Shown: positions 18,644 to 28,414, counted from the stretch's first letter. The stretch is 64,000 bases of DNA from Promethearchaeia archaeon (GCA_029856125.1 JAHQWJ010000136.1:1-64000), one strand, 5' to 3'. A program made the numbers and translations. The notes: a model not told the origin generated them from the sequence alone.

Positions 18644-20220
18644 ATGGTTTATCAATTAGAAGATGTAAAAGGCATCGGTTCTGAAATGGCTAAAAAATTA
18701 AAAGAAGCAGGCATTACGTCTGTTGAAATTTTAGCCTCGTCTAAGCCAGACAATATTGTGAAACTAAAAATCAAAGGTATTGGCAATGCAACAGCCTTGA
18801 GATTTATAAAAAGCGCAGAATCATTATTGAAGGAGCAAGCACCAGAAGTAGAAACTCCAAAACTAGATGTAATAGAGAAACCCAAAAAAGCAAAAGCAAC
18901 AAAAAAGGCAAAGCCAGGAAAAAGCACTAACCTTAAAGAACTAATAAAACAACAAGCAGAATGCAATATTGGACTAGTGGGCCATGTAGATCATGGAATG
19001 AATTAGTCGTATCGACAATTCCTATAAAGACCACGCTAGTCAAAGCTTTAACGGGTGATTGGACTGATAGACACTCTGAAGAACAAGAACGGGGAATTTC
19101 AATTAAATTGGGTTATTCTAACGCAACAATTTTGTATTGTCCTGAGTGCGACGAATATTTAACATACTATATGGCAGAGACTGCTAGAAAAAAAGGAAAA
19201 CCTAGATTTAATTGTCCAAGCTGTTCAGCGACCTTAGAATTTAAAAGAAATATCTCCTTTGTTGATGCTCCAGGTCACGAAATTTTAATGGCTACAATGC
19301 TGAGCGGAGCTTCCTTAATGAACGGTGCTTGTTTGTTAATTTCAGCTGATGAGAAATGTCCTCAGCCACAAACTAGAGAACATTTAGGTGCGTTGAAAAT
19401 TGCTAACATAGAGAACATTATAATTATACAAAATAAAATTGATGCTGTTTCAAAAGAACAAGCTTTAGAAAATTATAAACAGATTAAAGAATTTGTGAAG
19501 GATACTATAGCTCAAAATGCTCCTATAATTCCCGTTTCTGCCGTATTTGGAGCAAATCTTAATTTAATTGTTCGAGCATTTGAAGAAATAATTAAATCAC
19601 CAAAAATTCAAGAGGACGAGGAGTTCCAATTTTTAGTTGCTCGTTCATTCGATATAAATCGCCCCGGCACGGAAATTAACGATTTAAACGGTGGGGTAAT
19701 TGGTGGATCGGTTTTAAAAGGAAAGGTTCAAGTTGGAGAAGTAATTGAGATAAGACCGGGATTACGAGTAAAAAATAAATATCAACCGCTCAGAACCAAA
19801 ATAGCTAGCATAAGTCAAGGATCTAATTTATTAGAAGAAGCCAAGCCAGGAGGGCTAATTGGATTAGGGACCATGTTAGATCCTGCTTTGACGAGGGGAG
19901 ATTCTCTAATAGGACACCTAGTTGGTAGGCCTGACACATTGCCTGAAATACTTTCTGAAGTCGAAGTACAAGTAAACCTTTTGGAAAGAGTGCTGGGATC
20001 GGAAGTACAAATGAAAGTTCAACAGTTAAAACACAACGAGAAGTTATTACTAGTCGTTGGAACTGAAAAAACAGCTGGAACTGTTATAAAAATCTTAAAA
20101 AATTCCTATATACTTAGTTTAACTCCACCAATTTGTGCTCCGGTGAATTCAATATTTGCGATTTCAAGAATTATAAATCGGCGTTATCGTTTAATAGGTT
20201 ACGGTAAAGAGGTAAACTAA
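18644..20220 (+). CDS. eif2g: Translation initiation factor aIF2 gamma with N-terminal helix-hairpin-helix domain; two exons (18644-18998 + 19028-20220), 515 aa after splicing
   Basis: ORF 18644..19006 ends '...NIGLVGHVDHG' and ORF 18961..20220 continues 'KTTLVKALTG...EEQERGISIKLGY...DAPGHE...NKID...RYRLIGYG'. Removing 29 nt gives a continuous 1548-nt frame. Confidence 0.92.
18999..19027 (+). other. 29-nt bulge-helix-bulge (BHB) mRNA intron
   Basis: Central 4-bp helix AUGG(18993-96)/CUAU(19022-25), 3-nt bulges AAU(18997-99) and AAA(19026-28), intron hairpin GAAUU-A-GUCG-UAU-CGAC-AAUUC, exon pairs UC/GA. Confidence 0.88.
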
Positions 20221-20247
20221 AGAACCAATAACTAATTCTAATAATTT

Positions 20248-20577
20248 TTATTGCGAATATGAAAGAAAAATTTCTCTAATTTTCCCTTTTACTAATTTTA
20301 ATGATGTATCTGCTTTATCAAAAATGTTTTGTAGAGTATTAATTACATCTGAATCGCTATTAGAATTAATGTCTTTTGTAATTTTTTGACTCGTTTCGTA
20401 TAGGATTAAAATATCTCCAATTTTTGCTAAATAGTGAAGTACAATTTCGATTTTGATTTCTTTAGATAAATCTTTCTATTCCTTAATCTCTTTAAATTCA
20501 TAAAACACTTGATCCATAATTCTCTTATCAAGAAAACTTAAGAAATTTTCAATGTTGTCGATGAAAATTACTATCAA
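20248..20577 (-). pseudogene. Hypothetical 109-codon ORF interrupted by in-frame TAG (codon 34)
   Basis: TTG start; MIVIFIDNIENFLSFLDKRIMDQVFYEFKEIKE*KDLSKEIKIEIVLHYLAKIGD...KGKIREIFLSYSQ; fills the gap downstream of 20606..22351. Confidence 0.55.
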
Positions 20578-20605
20578 TTTTTCTGAGATATTTATGGTTA
20601 TGTAA

Positions 20606-22351
20606 TTAGCCTTTATATCTATAATTTTTAAAATATAAGAGTAAACCTAACAGTATTAAAATAACGCTAATTCCCCCAAATATTAGAATCCAAAGTGGAA
20701 AATGAATAACATCGGTAATTAAATAATTAACTTCTCTAAAAGTATTAATTTGCAATTCCGTAATTAATACAGTGCCTTGATATACCTTAACAGTATAATT
20801 CCCGTTAGGAACATTTTCGATCAGAATCTCGCCATTTTCATCTGAGTAAGCAGAAGCCATTGGTTGGGTAAAATTGTTCGATATATAAGTACCATAATTT
20901 TTTCCATAATACTTTAATTCTATCCTATATCCAACTAAGGGCATGCGAATACTATCGGTTATAACGATTTTAAGGTCATTAGTAGCAGAATATTTTAAGG
21001 AGCATGGATTTGTTTCGCCAGCAATCAAATATGGAATAACAAGATTTAATCCTTTCCTTTTTACAGCATTTTTAGTAAAAATCAAGCTGTTCTCGATGGT
21101 TTCTTGCCCTATCGAAATGATCTCATCGAAAACATTCACATTTCTGTCAAATAATGAACTATTACTAATTATCTGATCTACGATTATTGTACTCTCAACC
21201 AGTGTGATATTTTTGAGAATAATGTGTTCTGGACCTGAAATAAGCGATGGAAAGTAAATTCTTTCGCGAATATTTCGCTCACCTATTAATCTATCAATTG
21301 CCCAGCTAAAATCAACCGAATTCTCAAACATCATAGTAAAATTAGCACTAAATTTTAATGAAAATAATTTTGCGTCAGCAGAAATTGTTACATTTATCTT
21401 TTTGTCTGGTTCTAAAAAATTTACTTTGATTTGATCATCTATATCTAAAATATGGCCAAAAAACAAATCCTTATCAAGGGGATTTACAATTATCTCTAAA
21501 ACAAGATTATCAGCAGGTTCTGGAGGCTTTGTTAGGTTACCAGAGATTTTTGTTCCAATTAAAGTAAAGTTATAATAGAATGAAGGGCTGAAGGTTTGAA
21601 TTTGTTGCGTTAGCGACAAATCATCGTTAGGGTTTTGTGTTAAATCCCATGTTTCTAATGTTAGAGAATACTCAAATATGAAGTAAAGCGAAAAATTGTG
21701 AAAAGTTGCTGAGAAGAAATTCTGATAGTTGAACACAAAATAATTATTAGAATCAATCGTATAATCGGCTTCATTAAGTTCTTCGATAATAGGATCAGTA
21801 TTATTTTTCACAAGTACTTGATTAAGAACTCTCGGATATAAGAGGGGATTATAGATTAAATAACCCTCAGAATTTTCTATGGAGCTATTAAACTGAACAC
21901 TAATAGATTCGTTAATTAACACTGTTATCTTGTTCGATCTAGGGATAGAATCATCGAGATTATTGAATTGGGCGATTTCAGTAGTTTCGAGATATGTGGT
22001 TTCTAAATAGGAGATCTTTAACGCTCCAGAGCTTAAATCGTCTACGAGATTAGGGTATTTTTCTGATTGATTGAAAACACCTTCTTCGTCGAATGAAAAT
22101 TGTGTAATAGTTATGTTCCCAAGTCCCTGTTCAGGAGTATTAATAATTGGAGAGTAGTCATCTTCCGAAAAGGAACTAAGTTCGGGAATTATAGGGTTAT
22201 CATTATTTTCAAGATTTAATGAGCTGAAATTTGAAGATGGATCAATAAGAATCAACGAGATTATCGTGCTCATTAGTATTATAACAATTATAATAGATTT
22301 CCTATAATTACTGCTCTTCATCTTTATTTTAAATGTAAATTTTTTAATCAA
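20606..22351 (-). CDS. Secreted/membrane-anchored beta-rich protein (carboxypeptidase-regulatory-like domain near C-terminus)
   Basis: N-terminal TM/signal, many N-x-S/T sequons, 'SDENGEILIENVPNGNYTVKV', C-terminal TM plus basic tail. Confidence 0.6.
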   Translation of the reverse strand: MIKKFTFKIKMKSSNYRKSIIIVIILMSTIISLILIDPSSNFSSLNLENNDNPIIPELSSFSEDDYSPIINTPEQGLGNITITQFSFDEEGVFNQSEKYPNLVDDLSSGALKISYLETTYLETTEIAQFNNLDDSIPRSNKITVLINESISVQFNSSIENSEGYLIYNPLLYPRVLNQVLVKNNTDPIIEELNEADYTIDSNNYFVFNYQNFFSATFHNFSLYFIFEYSLTLETWDLTQNPNDDLSLTQQIQTFSPSFYYNFTLIGTKISGNLTKPPEPADNLVLEIIVNPLDKDLFFGHILDIDDQIKVNFLEPDKKINVTISADAKLFSLKFSANFTMMFENSVDFSWAIDRLIGERNIRERIYFPSLISGPEHIILKNITLVESTIIVDQIISNSSLFDRNVNVFDEIISIGQETIENSLIFTKNAVKRKGLNLVIPYLIAGETNPCSLKYSATNDLKIVITDSIRMPLVGYRIELKYYGKNYGTYISNNFTQPMASAYSDENGEILIENVPNGNYTVKVYQGTVLITELQINTFREVNYLITDVIHFPLWILIFGGISVILILLGLLLYFKNYRYKG

Positions 22352-22599
22352 AAAATTAAATAAAATTAATTAATTTTTCTTAGGATTTTAATTTTTACTT
22401 AAATTTCCGTGAATGTCTACTTATACGAATATTTATATTTATTGAATATATTTTTATATCATTCATAACGTCTTTAAAAGGCATATCTATTACCTTAAAA
22501 CACATTATCAATAATGAGGTAATTAAGAAGTTTAATACGACATATTAGTTTTTTCCAACTATAACAGATTAAACATATTATTGTCGAAAATCCTACTAA

Positions 22600-24000
22600 A
22601 TGATTTTTATGAGCCCAAAACCAGATCGTACTAAATTTTTAAAACACCTTAATACTGCTGTAGACTCTTTCGAGGATTATTCTCAAACTCATTATAATAA
22701 TGCTATTGCAATTTCACATAATGATGCAGATGGGATTAGCAGCTTGCAAATTATTCAAAATTTGCTCCATAAAATGAAATTCAATTATGATTATTTCATC
22801 TATAATCGATCTGTTTCGTGGGGAAATTATTTAAATGGAATTTTACCAAAAACTCAAAACAGTAGAACCGCACTAATCTTTACTGATGTGGGTTCTAATC
22901 TAGCTGAATTAGTGCCTATTATTAAAAAGCGAAAAGAACATTTTTACATTCTTGATCACCATGAAGTCGATTGCGATTTAGCTTTAGAAGAACTTCCGGA
23001 AAATTTATTCTTTGTTAATCCTACGGTTTTTGGATTTGACGGTTTAGATCATGTATCGGGTGCTACTTTAGCTTATTTGTTCGCTAAAAAAATAAATGTA
23101 TCGATTATAAAGCAAGGGTGGCTAGCCGTTATCGGAATTGCGGGAGACTCCTTACGATCCATGGAAAAACTCCAATCTTTTAACAAGGAAATTTATCAAG
23201 AAATATGCGATGAGGAACTTGTATTAGATAAGGAAGGTTTAATTCTCTTCGGAAGTATGCACGAATCTATAAAAAATGGTCTAAAGAATAGTATTTTGCC
23301 TTTTTTAATCGGATATGGTGGTGAAGATGATCAAGCAATTAAAACCTTTTTAAGTAGCATAAGCATAAACCCCAATAAAAAAATTGTTGATTTAGAGAGG
23401 GATGAAATTCAAAAAATTCTTAAAAGTATAGATATAGATGTTGGCCATTATGCTTTATTACCTAAAAAGCAAGGTTTATTAAGATTCGCGTTTGAGCACG
23501 CGATACTGCTAAACATCCTATCATTTAAAAATATTAGCGCTGCTATTTCGATCATAAACCAAAAATCTATTACGCGATACGCCAAAGAACTTTATAATGA
23601 ATATATCAATACACTGGTTAAAAATTTAAAAATATTAGCAAATGAATTACCTCGATACGAAACTAAAAGCTCTATTTTCATTGATGCCGGAAACGGTAAA
23701 ATACCACCGAGCAATTGGTCAGACACAGCAAGTTTTACTTCCGTTAACGGACTACTAAGACCCGATAAGATGTTATTTTTAGGTGGCCTCGAGAAGAAAA
23801 CTCAAATGGTTAAACTTAGTGTGAGGTGCTCTCGGCAATACTTAGAAAATGATCACATGGGTGTCAATGAAGTTATAAGTATGATTAAACAAAAACTTGG
23901 AGGAACGGGTGGTGGTCATAAATTAGCAGGAGGTATAAGATTATCTGTACCCTCATTTAAAATACTTAAGAAAAATGCTGACGATTTTATAGCATTTTAG
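22600..24000 (+). CDS. DHH/DHHA1 phosphoesterase (RecJ/GAN/Cdc45-like)
   Basis: HNDADG, TDVGS, LDHH, NP, GGGHKLAGG. Confidence 0.85.
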   Translation: MIFMSPKPDRTKFLKHLNTAVDSFEDYSQTHYNNAIAISHNDADGISSLQIIQNLLHKMKFNYDYFIYNRSVSWGNYLNGILPKTQNSRTALIFTDVGSNLAELVPIIKKRKEHFYILDHHEVDCDLALEELPENLFFVNPTVFGFDGLDHVSGATLAYLFAKKINVSIIKQGWLAVIGIAGDSLRSMEKLQSFNKEIYQEICDEELVLDKEGLILFGSMHESIKNGLKNSILPFLIGYGGEDDQAIKTFLSSISINPNKKIVDLERDEIQKILKSIDIDVGHYALLPKKQGLLRFAFEHAILLNILSFKNISAAISIINQKSITRYAKELYNEYINTLVKNLKILANELPRYETKSSIFIDAGNGKIPPSNWSDTASFTSVNGLLRPDKMLFLGGLEKKTQMVKLSVRCSRQYLENDHMGVNEVISMIKQKLGGTGGGHKLAGGIRLSVPSFKILKKNADDFIAF

Positions 24001-24018
24001 GTTTAATGAATCATTATC

Positions 24019-24324
24019 ATGGTTTTTTTCGAAGATAGCCCAAACCGAACAATTAAATTAAAGATAAGAGTTAAAACAAACTCTAAAGTACAAAAAATAT
24101 CATACAACCAATTTACAGATTCTTGGATTTCAATTAATTTAAAATCTAAGCCTGTAAAAAATAAGGCGAATAAAGAATTAATTAAATTACTAAGTAAAAA
24201 GCTAAGTATTGCGACCAATCAGATTAAAATAATTGCGGGACCGAAAAATGCGAATAAAACGATTCAAATTAGATTTTATGAAGATATATCTAAACCAAAA
24301 ATATTAGAAAAATTAGCAAATTAA
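24019..24324 (+). CDS. DUF167/YggU family protein
   Basis: 'LKIRVKTNS', 'PVKNKANKELIKLLSK', 'IIAG...K'. Confidence 0.8.
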   Translation: MVFFEDSPNRTIKLKIRVKTNSKVQKISYNQFTDSWISINLKSKPVKNKANKELIKLLSKKLSIATNQIKIIAGPKNANKTIQIRFYEDISKPKILEKLAN

Positions 24325-24675
24325 TTAAGATCCAATTTTTATCATCTTTCCACACCTTAAACAGGTAATAAAGTGAGTCATACCCTCGTCAGCACTTCGA
24401 GTTTGTCTCGTTTCTAAGTGTGCTTTGTCGTAACCACATCGTCTGCATTTAAAATTTTTAATAGAACTTCTTAAATTTTCTTCCTTCCATTTCATTACTT
24501 CAGCAAGATTTGAGACTTCTTCCCTAATGGGTTGTTCAATTTTGGTTTTTAAGATATATGAATCAACATTTTCCTCCAAAAGAGGTTTGATGTAACCACA
24601 TTTACATTTAAACACTTTCTGACCATTTGCTGTTGAGGGTAACATCATAGAGCCACATTCATCGCAAAATTGCAT
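24325..24675 (-). CDS. tfs: Transcription factor S (TFS / RpoM-like)
   Basis: N-terminal FCDECGSMM zinc ribbon; C-terminal QTRSADEG motif in second ribbon. Confidence 0.9.
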   Translation of the reverse strand: MQFCDECGSMMLPSTANGQKVFKCKCGYIKPLLEENVDSYILKTKIEQPIREEVSNLAEVMKWKEENLRSSIKNFKCRRCGYDKAHLETRQTRSADEGMTHFITCLRCGKMIKIGS

Positions 24676-24748
24676 TTTTCTGGTCGAGTTAAGAAATTTT
24701 ATTATTTTTTAAATAGTGTTTCAATAACAAAAATTTATCCTTCTAAAT

Positions 24749-25711
24749 CTAAAAATTCAAACCAAATAATAAAGCACAAAAAATTACACCCGCTAAAAGA
24801 TCTGCGGTTGTACCAGGATTTAGCTTTCCATTTCGTTTTTGAAGTTTTTTATCAAATTTAATTGTTGACTTTAATCCTTTTTTAGTAGAAATTCCTCCTT
24901 GTGAAATGATTTTTGAAGCCATTTCTGAAACTTCCACTGCTCCCGGTTTACCTACTTTGCGAATAATCAAGGTATCTAAATGACTAGATAGTAATTTCAG
25001 AAAAGTATTCACAATTGTTTTATTTATGTTTCGATTGTCCTTAAAACTATCAAGAAAGTAAGGTAAACCCTCCTTTAAAACGATTTTAAACCCAGTAGCA
25101 TACTCTCTGCTTATTAAATCGTAATCTTGAGATTTTTTAAAAATTTCCTTAAGATTTATTTCATCTCGGATGATTTCTTTGTTAGCACTTGGATTATTAA
25201 CATCATACTTATCAATTTGGCCTAATCCTCCTGGATTGCTAAGTTTAATAGCCTCATATAAATGCAATGTGTCATTAACTGTAGTATCTTCTATTATCTT
25301 GCTTAATATTGACTCAAAATCTATAAGTCTATTTTTTTTTAACTTTATGCATATTGAAGCTGCAGACGAGAGGGGGGCTAAGATAAGAATATGCCCTAAT
25401 ATTACATTTCCTCCTGTTTGCCACTTCATCATTTCTATGACAGACTCTTTAAAAAATACACCTAATTCGATGTTACTAAACGATTGCTCATCATTATTAA
25501 TAGAAGTATAAACATTTTTACAGAGTAATCTTAGATTAGGTTGAATGGCAGAAATTCCAGCTAAAAAGTGCTCAAAACTTGTGCCTTTAAAATTTTTCGT
25601 TCTGTGCACATTTCCTGGTTTTGGCCATCCAGAAAGTTCTAACAAACTCGAAAGGTTTATGCACCTTAGCAAATCATCGAGCGACTCGATAGCAATTTCT
25701 ATACTAGACAC
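24749..25711 (-). CDS. Triphosphoribosyl-dephospho-CoA synthase (CitG-like)
   Basis: 'KPGNVHR', 'DTLIIRK', 'NPGTTADL'. Confidence 0.85.
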   Translation of the reverse strand: MSSIEIAIESLDDLLRCINLSSLLELSGWPKPGNVHRTKNFKGTSFEHFLAGISAIQPNLRLLCKNVYTSINNDEQSFSNIELGVFFKESVIEMMKWQTGGNVILGHILILAPLSSAASICIKLKKNRLIDFESILSKIIEDTTVNDTLHLYEAIKLSNPGGLGQIDKYDVNNPSANKEIIRDEINLKEIFKKSQDYDLISREYATGFKIVLKEGLPYFLDSFKDNRNINKTIVNTFLKLLSSHLDTLIIRKVGKPGAVEVSEMASKIISQGGISTKKGLKSTIKFDKKLQKRNGKLNPGTTADLLAGVIFCALLFGLNF

Positions 25712-25759
25712 GTTAGAAATATTTACTTTTAAAATTAATATAGGTTAGTTATAGATGAG

Positions 25760-26071
25760 TTAGTAATAGGTTAATTCTAAAGTTCTTTTCTCCTTAATTC
25801 GATAACCCTTAATATCAGAGCTATTATAAGAAATCGGTCTATATTTCTCTGTTAATTTTTTTCGATGCAGAAACTTCTTGATCCTTAATTTAATCACTCT
25901 ATTTGACATTTTGCTTGGCACAGTCAATTCTATGCTGTTTCCACTTCGAGAAATTTCTATCTGTGGTAATTGTTCTTCGAGATACCTTAATAGATCCTCA
26001 ATATATTGTTCCTTTTCGATTGATAAATCTTTTACGTCAATAGTTAATTCTTTAGTATTATCTTCACTCAA
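25760..26071 (-). CDS. rpl22e: Ribosomal protein eL22 (L22e)
   Basis: 'IEISRSGNSIELTVPSKMSNRVIKLRIKKFLHRKKLTEKYRPIS' parallels the eukaryotic eL22 pattern (IERSKSKITV...SKRYLKYLTKKYLKK...LRVVA). Confidence 0.72.
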   Translation of the reverse strand: MSEDNTKELTIDVKDLSIEKEQYIEDLLRYLEEQLPQIEISRSGNSIELTVPSKMSNRVIKLRIKKFLHRKKLTEKYRPISYNSSDIKGYRIKEKRTLELTYY

Positions 26072-26166
26072 ATTCTAATCACTCTATATTATAATTAAAG
26101 ACATTATTAATCTTTTTCCAATAATAATATAACAAAAACAAGAGTGAATAGATAATGTCAAGAAAA

Positions 26167-27441
26167 TTATATCGGTGTTTCTGCTCCCCACAGATCTAAT
26201 GCTTGTTTTAATTCAGCATGAGTTTTAGCGTATTCTTTTACGCTAATGTTATCCATATAAGCATCAATTGCTTGCCTTAAGGCCTTCGCACCGCTTCGTG
26301 TACCACCGGGGTGACCAAGCACACCTCCTCCGACTTGAACCGCAATATCCATTGATAAAAGCTCTATTAAACGATGAATTATTCCTGGATGTACTCCTCC
26401 GGAGCATACGCTTAAAACATTTTTCATTCCGTACCAATTCTGCTCTAAGACCTCTAAATCGGCCTTGTTAGAATTTTGAGCAATCTTCTTATAATTATTC
26501 AACACTTCTGTTTTATCACCTGCTAATTTTCCTAAACCTCCAATGTGGAGCTGATCTACGCCTTGCATTCTCGCTATTTCAGCAAGTACTTTCATGCTCA
26601 TCCCGTGATTTGGATTTCTATCAAATGCAGCATGAAACGCTCTATGAGCATGTATCGCTAAACCTAATTTTTCACATTCCTTTCTAACTGTTTGAACAGC
26701 CGCCCAACCAATAGTCAATATATCGATCATAACATATTCGTTGTTAAAATCTTTTACTAACTTCGCGCGACGCTTCATTTCGTCAACTTCAGAGGTAATA
26801 TTTATTAAATAACTTTTTCTTTCTCCTGTTTCATTTTCTGCTTTATCTCTCATTTTCATACTAAGGTCGAGCCTTTTTTCGAATCTATTAAACCTCTGAT
26901 TCGATAAGTTTTCGTCGTCTTTTAATAGATCTACTCCTCCTGTCCAGATTTCGTACCCGTGTTGAGCGTGCTCCTCTGCATAATACCCTACTTTTGGTTT
27001 CGGAACAGTAGCTGTAATTGGTCTCTTCTTAACTTTAAGTAAATCCCTAATTCCCTTTATCCCATACTGAGGGCCTTTAAAGGAATTTAATATGTTTTTA
27101 GGCCACTTCACATCGACTAACCTTAGACCATCTAAAGCTTTCATACCAAAAATATTTCCGGCAATAGAACTTAAAATTTGAGGCATATTTCCTTCCTCAA
27201 ATAAATCGTTGGGATATGCGATTTTAACATAACTATCATTTATATCATAAACTTTAGCACTTAAAGCTCGAATATGTTCAGGAATTTTAAGTGTCGTCCA
27301 AGTACCGTTACTGCTTTCAGCAGCAACCCTAATAGCTACTTTTTCAATTGAAAAACCGCTGGCAGGTTTAATTTTAAACAAACAAATTAGGTCTTCCTCA
27401 TTTGGTTCATACGCTAAATCTAAAAAATCTTCATATTTAAT
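26167..27441 (-). CDS. rbcL: Form III RuBisCO large subunit (probable ATT start at 27441)
   Basis: 'AAESSNGTWT', 'KPKVG', 'GGVDLLKDDE', 'HAHRAFH', 'SGG', 'GGGVLGHP'; frame extends 20 codons upstream of the TTG call. Confidence 0.93.
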   Translation of the reverse strand: MKYEDFLDLAYEPNEEDLICLFKIKPASGFSIEKVAIRVAAESSNGTWTTLKIPEHIRALSAKVYDINDSYVKIAYPNDLFEEGNMPQILSSIAGNIFGMKALDGLRLVDVKWPKNILNSFKGPQYGIKGIRDLLKVKKRPITATVPKPKVGYYAEEHAQHGYEIWTGGVDLLKDDENLSNQRFNRFEKRLDLSMKMRDKAENETGERKSYLINITSEVDEMKRRAKLVKDFNNEYVMIDILTIGWAAVQTVRKECEKLGLAIHAHRAFHAAFDRNPNHGMSMKVLAEIARMQGVDQLHIGGLGKLAGDKTEVLNNYKKIAQNSNKADLEVLEQNWYGMKNVLSVCSGGVHPGIIHRLIELLSMDIAVQVGGGVLGHPGGTRSGAKALRQAIDAYMDNISVKEYAKTHAELKQALDLWGAETPI

Positions 27442-27463
27442 TTCTAAATCACCTTAAACTTAT

Positions 27464-28414
27464 TTAAATCATATCTGGATATAACTTTGTAAAGTAATTA
27501 TGCACATGGCTACTCGCAAAAATTCCCGCCTCTGTAATTAAACCGTCTATGTACCTCCTACTTACAGTTTCAAAGGCAGGATTTAAAATTTCTAGACCTG
27601 CTGGTGGATTTTCCCATATCTCTGAAGTTTCTCGCATTTCAATTTTTTCAATGACGCCAAATGAAGTTTGAGGATTATATTTCAAAAGGGGAGTAGCAAC
27701 ATAAAACGGAACGTGTTCTTCGTGGGCTACTAGAGCTAATAATCTTGATCCTATTTTGTTTAAAACGGTTCCCTCGCTTGTAACGCTATCTGCTCCGATA
27801 ATAATAAGATTAACCTCGTAGTGATTTACAGCCCACCGCATAGCACTATCCACGACATGATAAACCTTTATTCCGACGTCTAATAACTCTTTCGCTGTTT
27901 GTCTTCCTTGAAGGCGAGGTTGGGTTTCGGTATTTATCACATTAAAGTGTTTACCTTGCTTTTTTGCTTCTAATAGGATACCTGTTACCACAGATGAGTG
28001 ACAATGTGTCATAATGAGATAACTATCATCTGATTCTACAAAAGGAATTCTTCTAGCTCCAATTTCAGCAATTTTTTTTTTAGAATTATGAATCATAGCT
28101 TGATATTTATTTTTATAGCGATTGATTAACTCCAAAAAGTGATCTTCCTTGAATTCGTGTTTAGGTTTTTTCAATCTATTTATTATGAAATTAAGTCCAT
28201 TTCTCAACGCCGGCTCAGTTGGGCGTGCTTTAAACAGTATTTCCTTTGCCTCTTCTAATTTGTTTAAAAACTCTTCAGCAGTATTGTAATCCGCTAGCCT
28301 TTGGGCGTAACTATTCAAAAAATCGATAGCACTTAGAGCTACATTTGTCGCTCCTTGTATTTCTAGCGATTTAATCTTTTCAGCATCTATTAATAATTGT
28401 TTAATTTCAATCAC
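27464..28414 (-). CDS. Ribose-1,5-bisphosphate isomerase (eIF2B-family)
   Basis: 'EIQGATNVA', 'RPTEP', 'THCHSS', 'ETQPRLQG', 'GADSV...NKIGS', 'NPAFE'; adjacent to RuBisCO. Confidence 0.88.
   Translation of the reverse strand: MIEIKQLLIDAEKIKSLEIQGATNVALSAIDFLNSYAQRLADYNTAEEFLNKLEEAKEILFKARPTEPALRNGLNFIINRLKKPKHEFKEDHFLELINRYKNKYQAMIHNSKKKIAEIGARRIPFVESDDSYLIMTHCHSSVVTGILLEAKKQGKHFNVINTETQPRLQGRQTAKELLDVGIKVYHVVDSAMRWAVNHYEVNLIIIGADSVTSEGTVLNKIGSRLLALVAHEEHVPFYVATPLLKYNPQTSFGVIEKIEMRETSEIWENPPAGLEILNPAFETVSRRYIDGLITEAGIFASSHVHNYFTKLYPDMI

Noticed and set aside
18961-20220. ORF-track 419-aa protein as a stand-alone aIF2-gamma, or a programmed ribosomal frameshift joining the two ORFs
   Set aside because: It lacks GHVDHG. 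A frameshift would leave ~10 extra residues inside the P-loop, whereas BHB excision restores the motif exactly.
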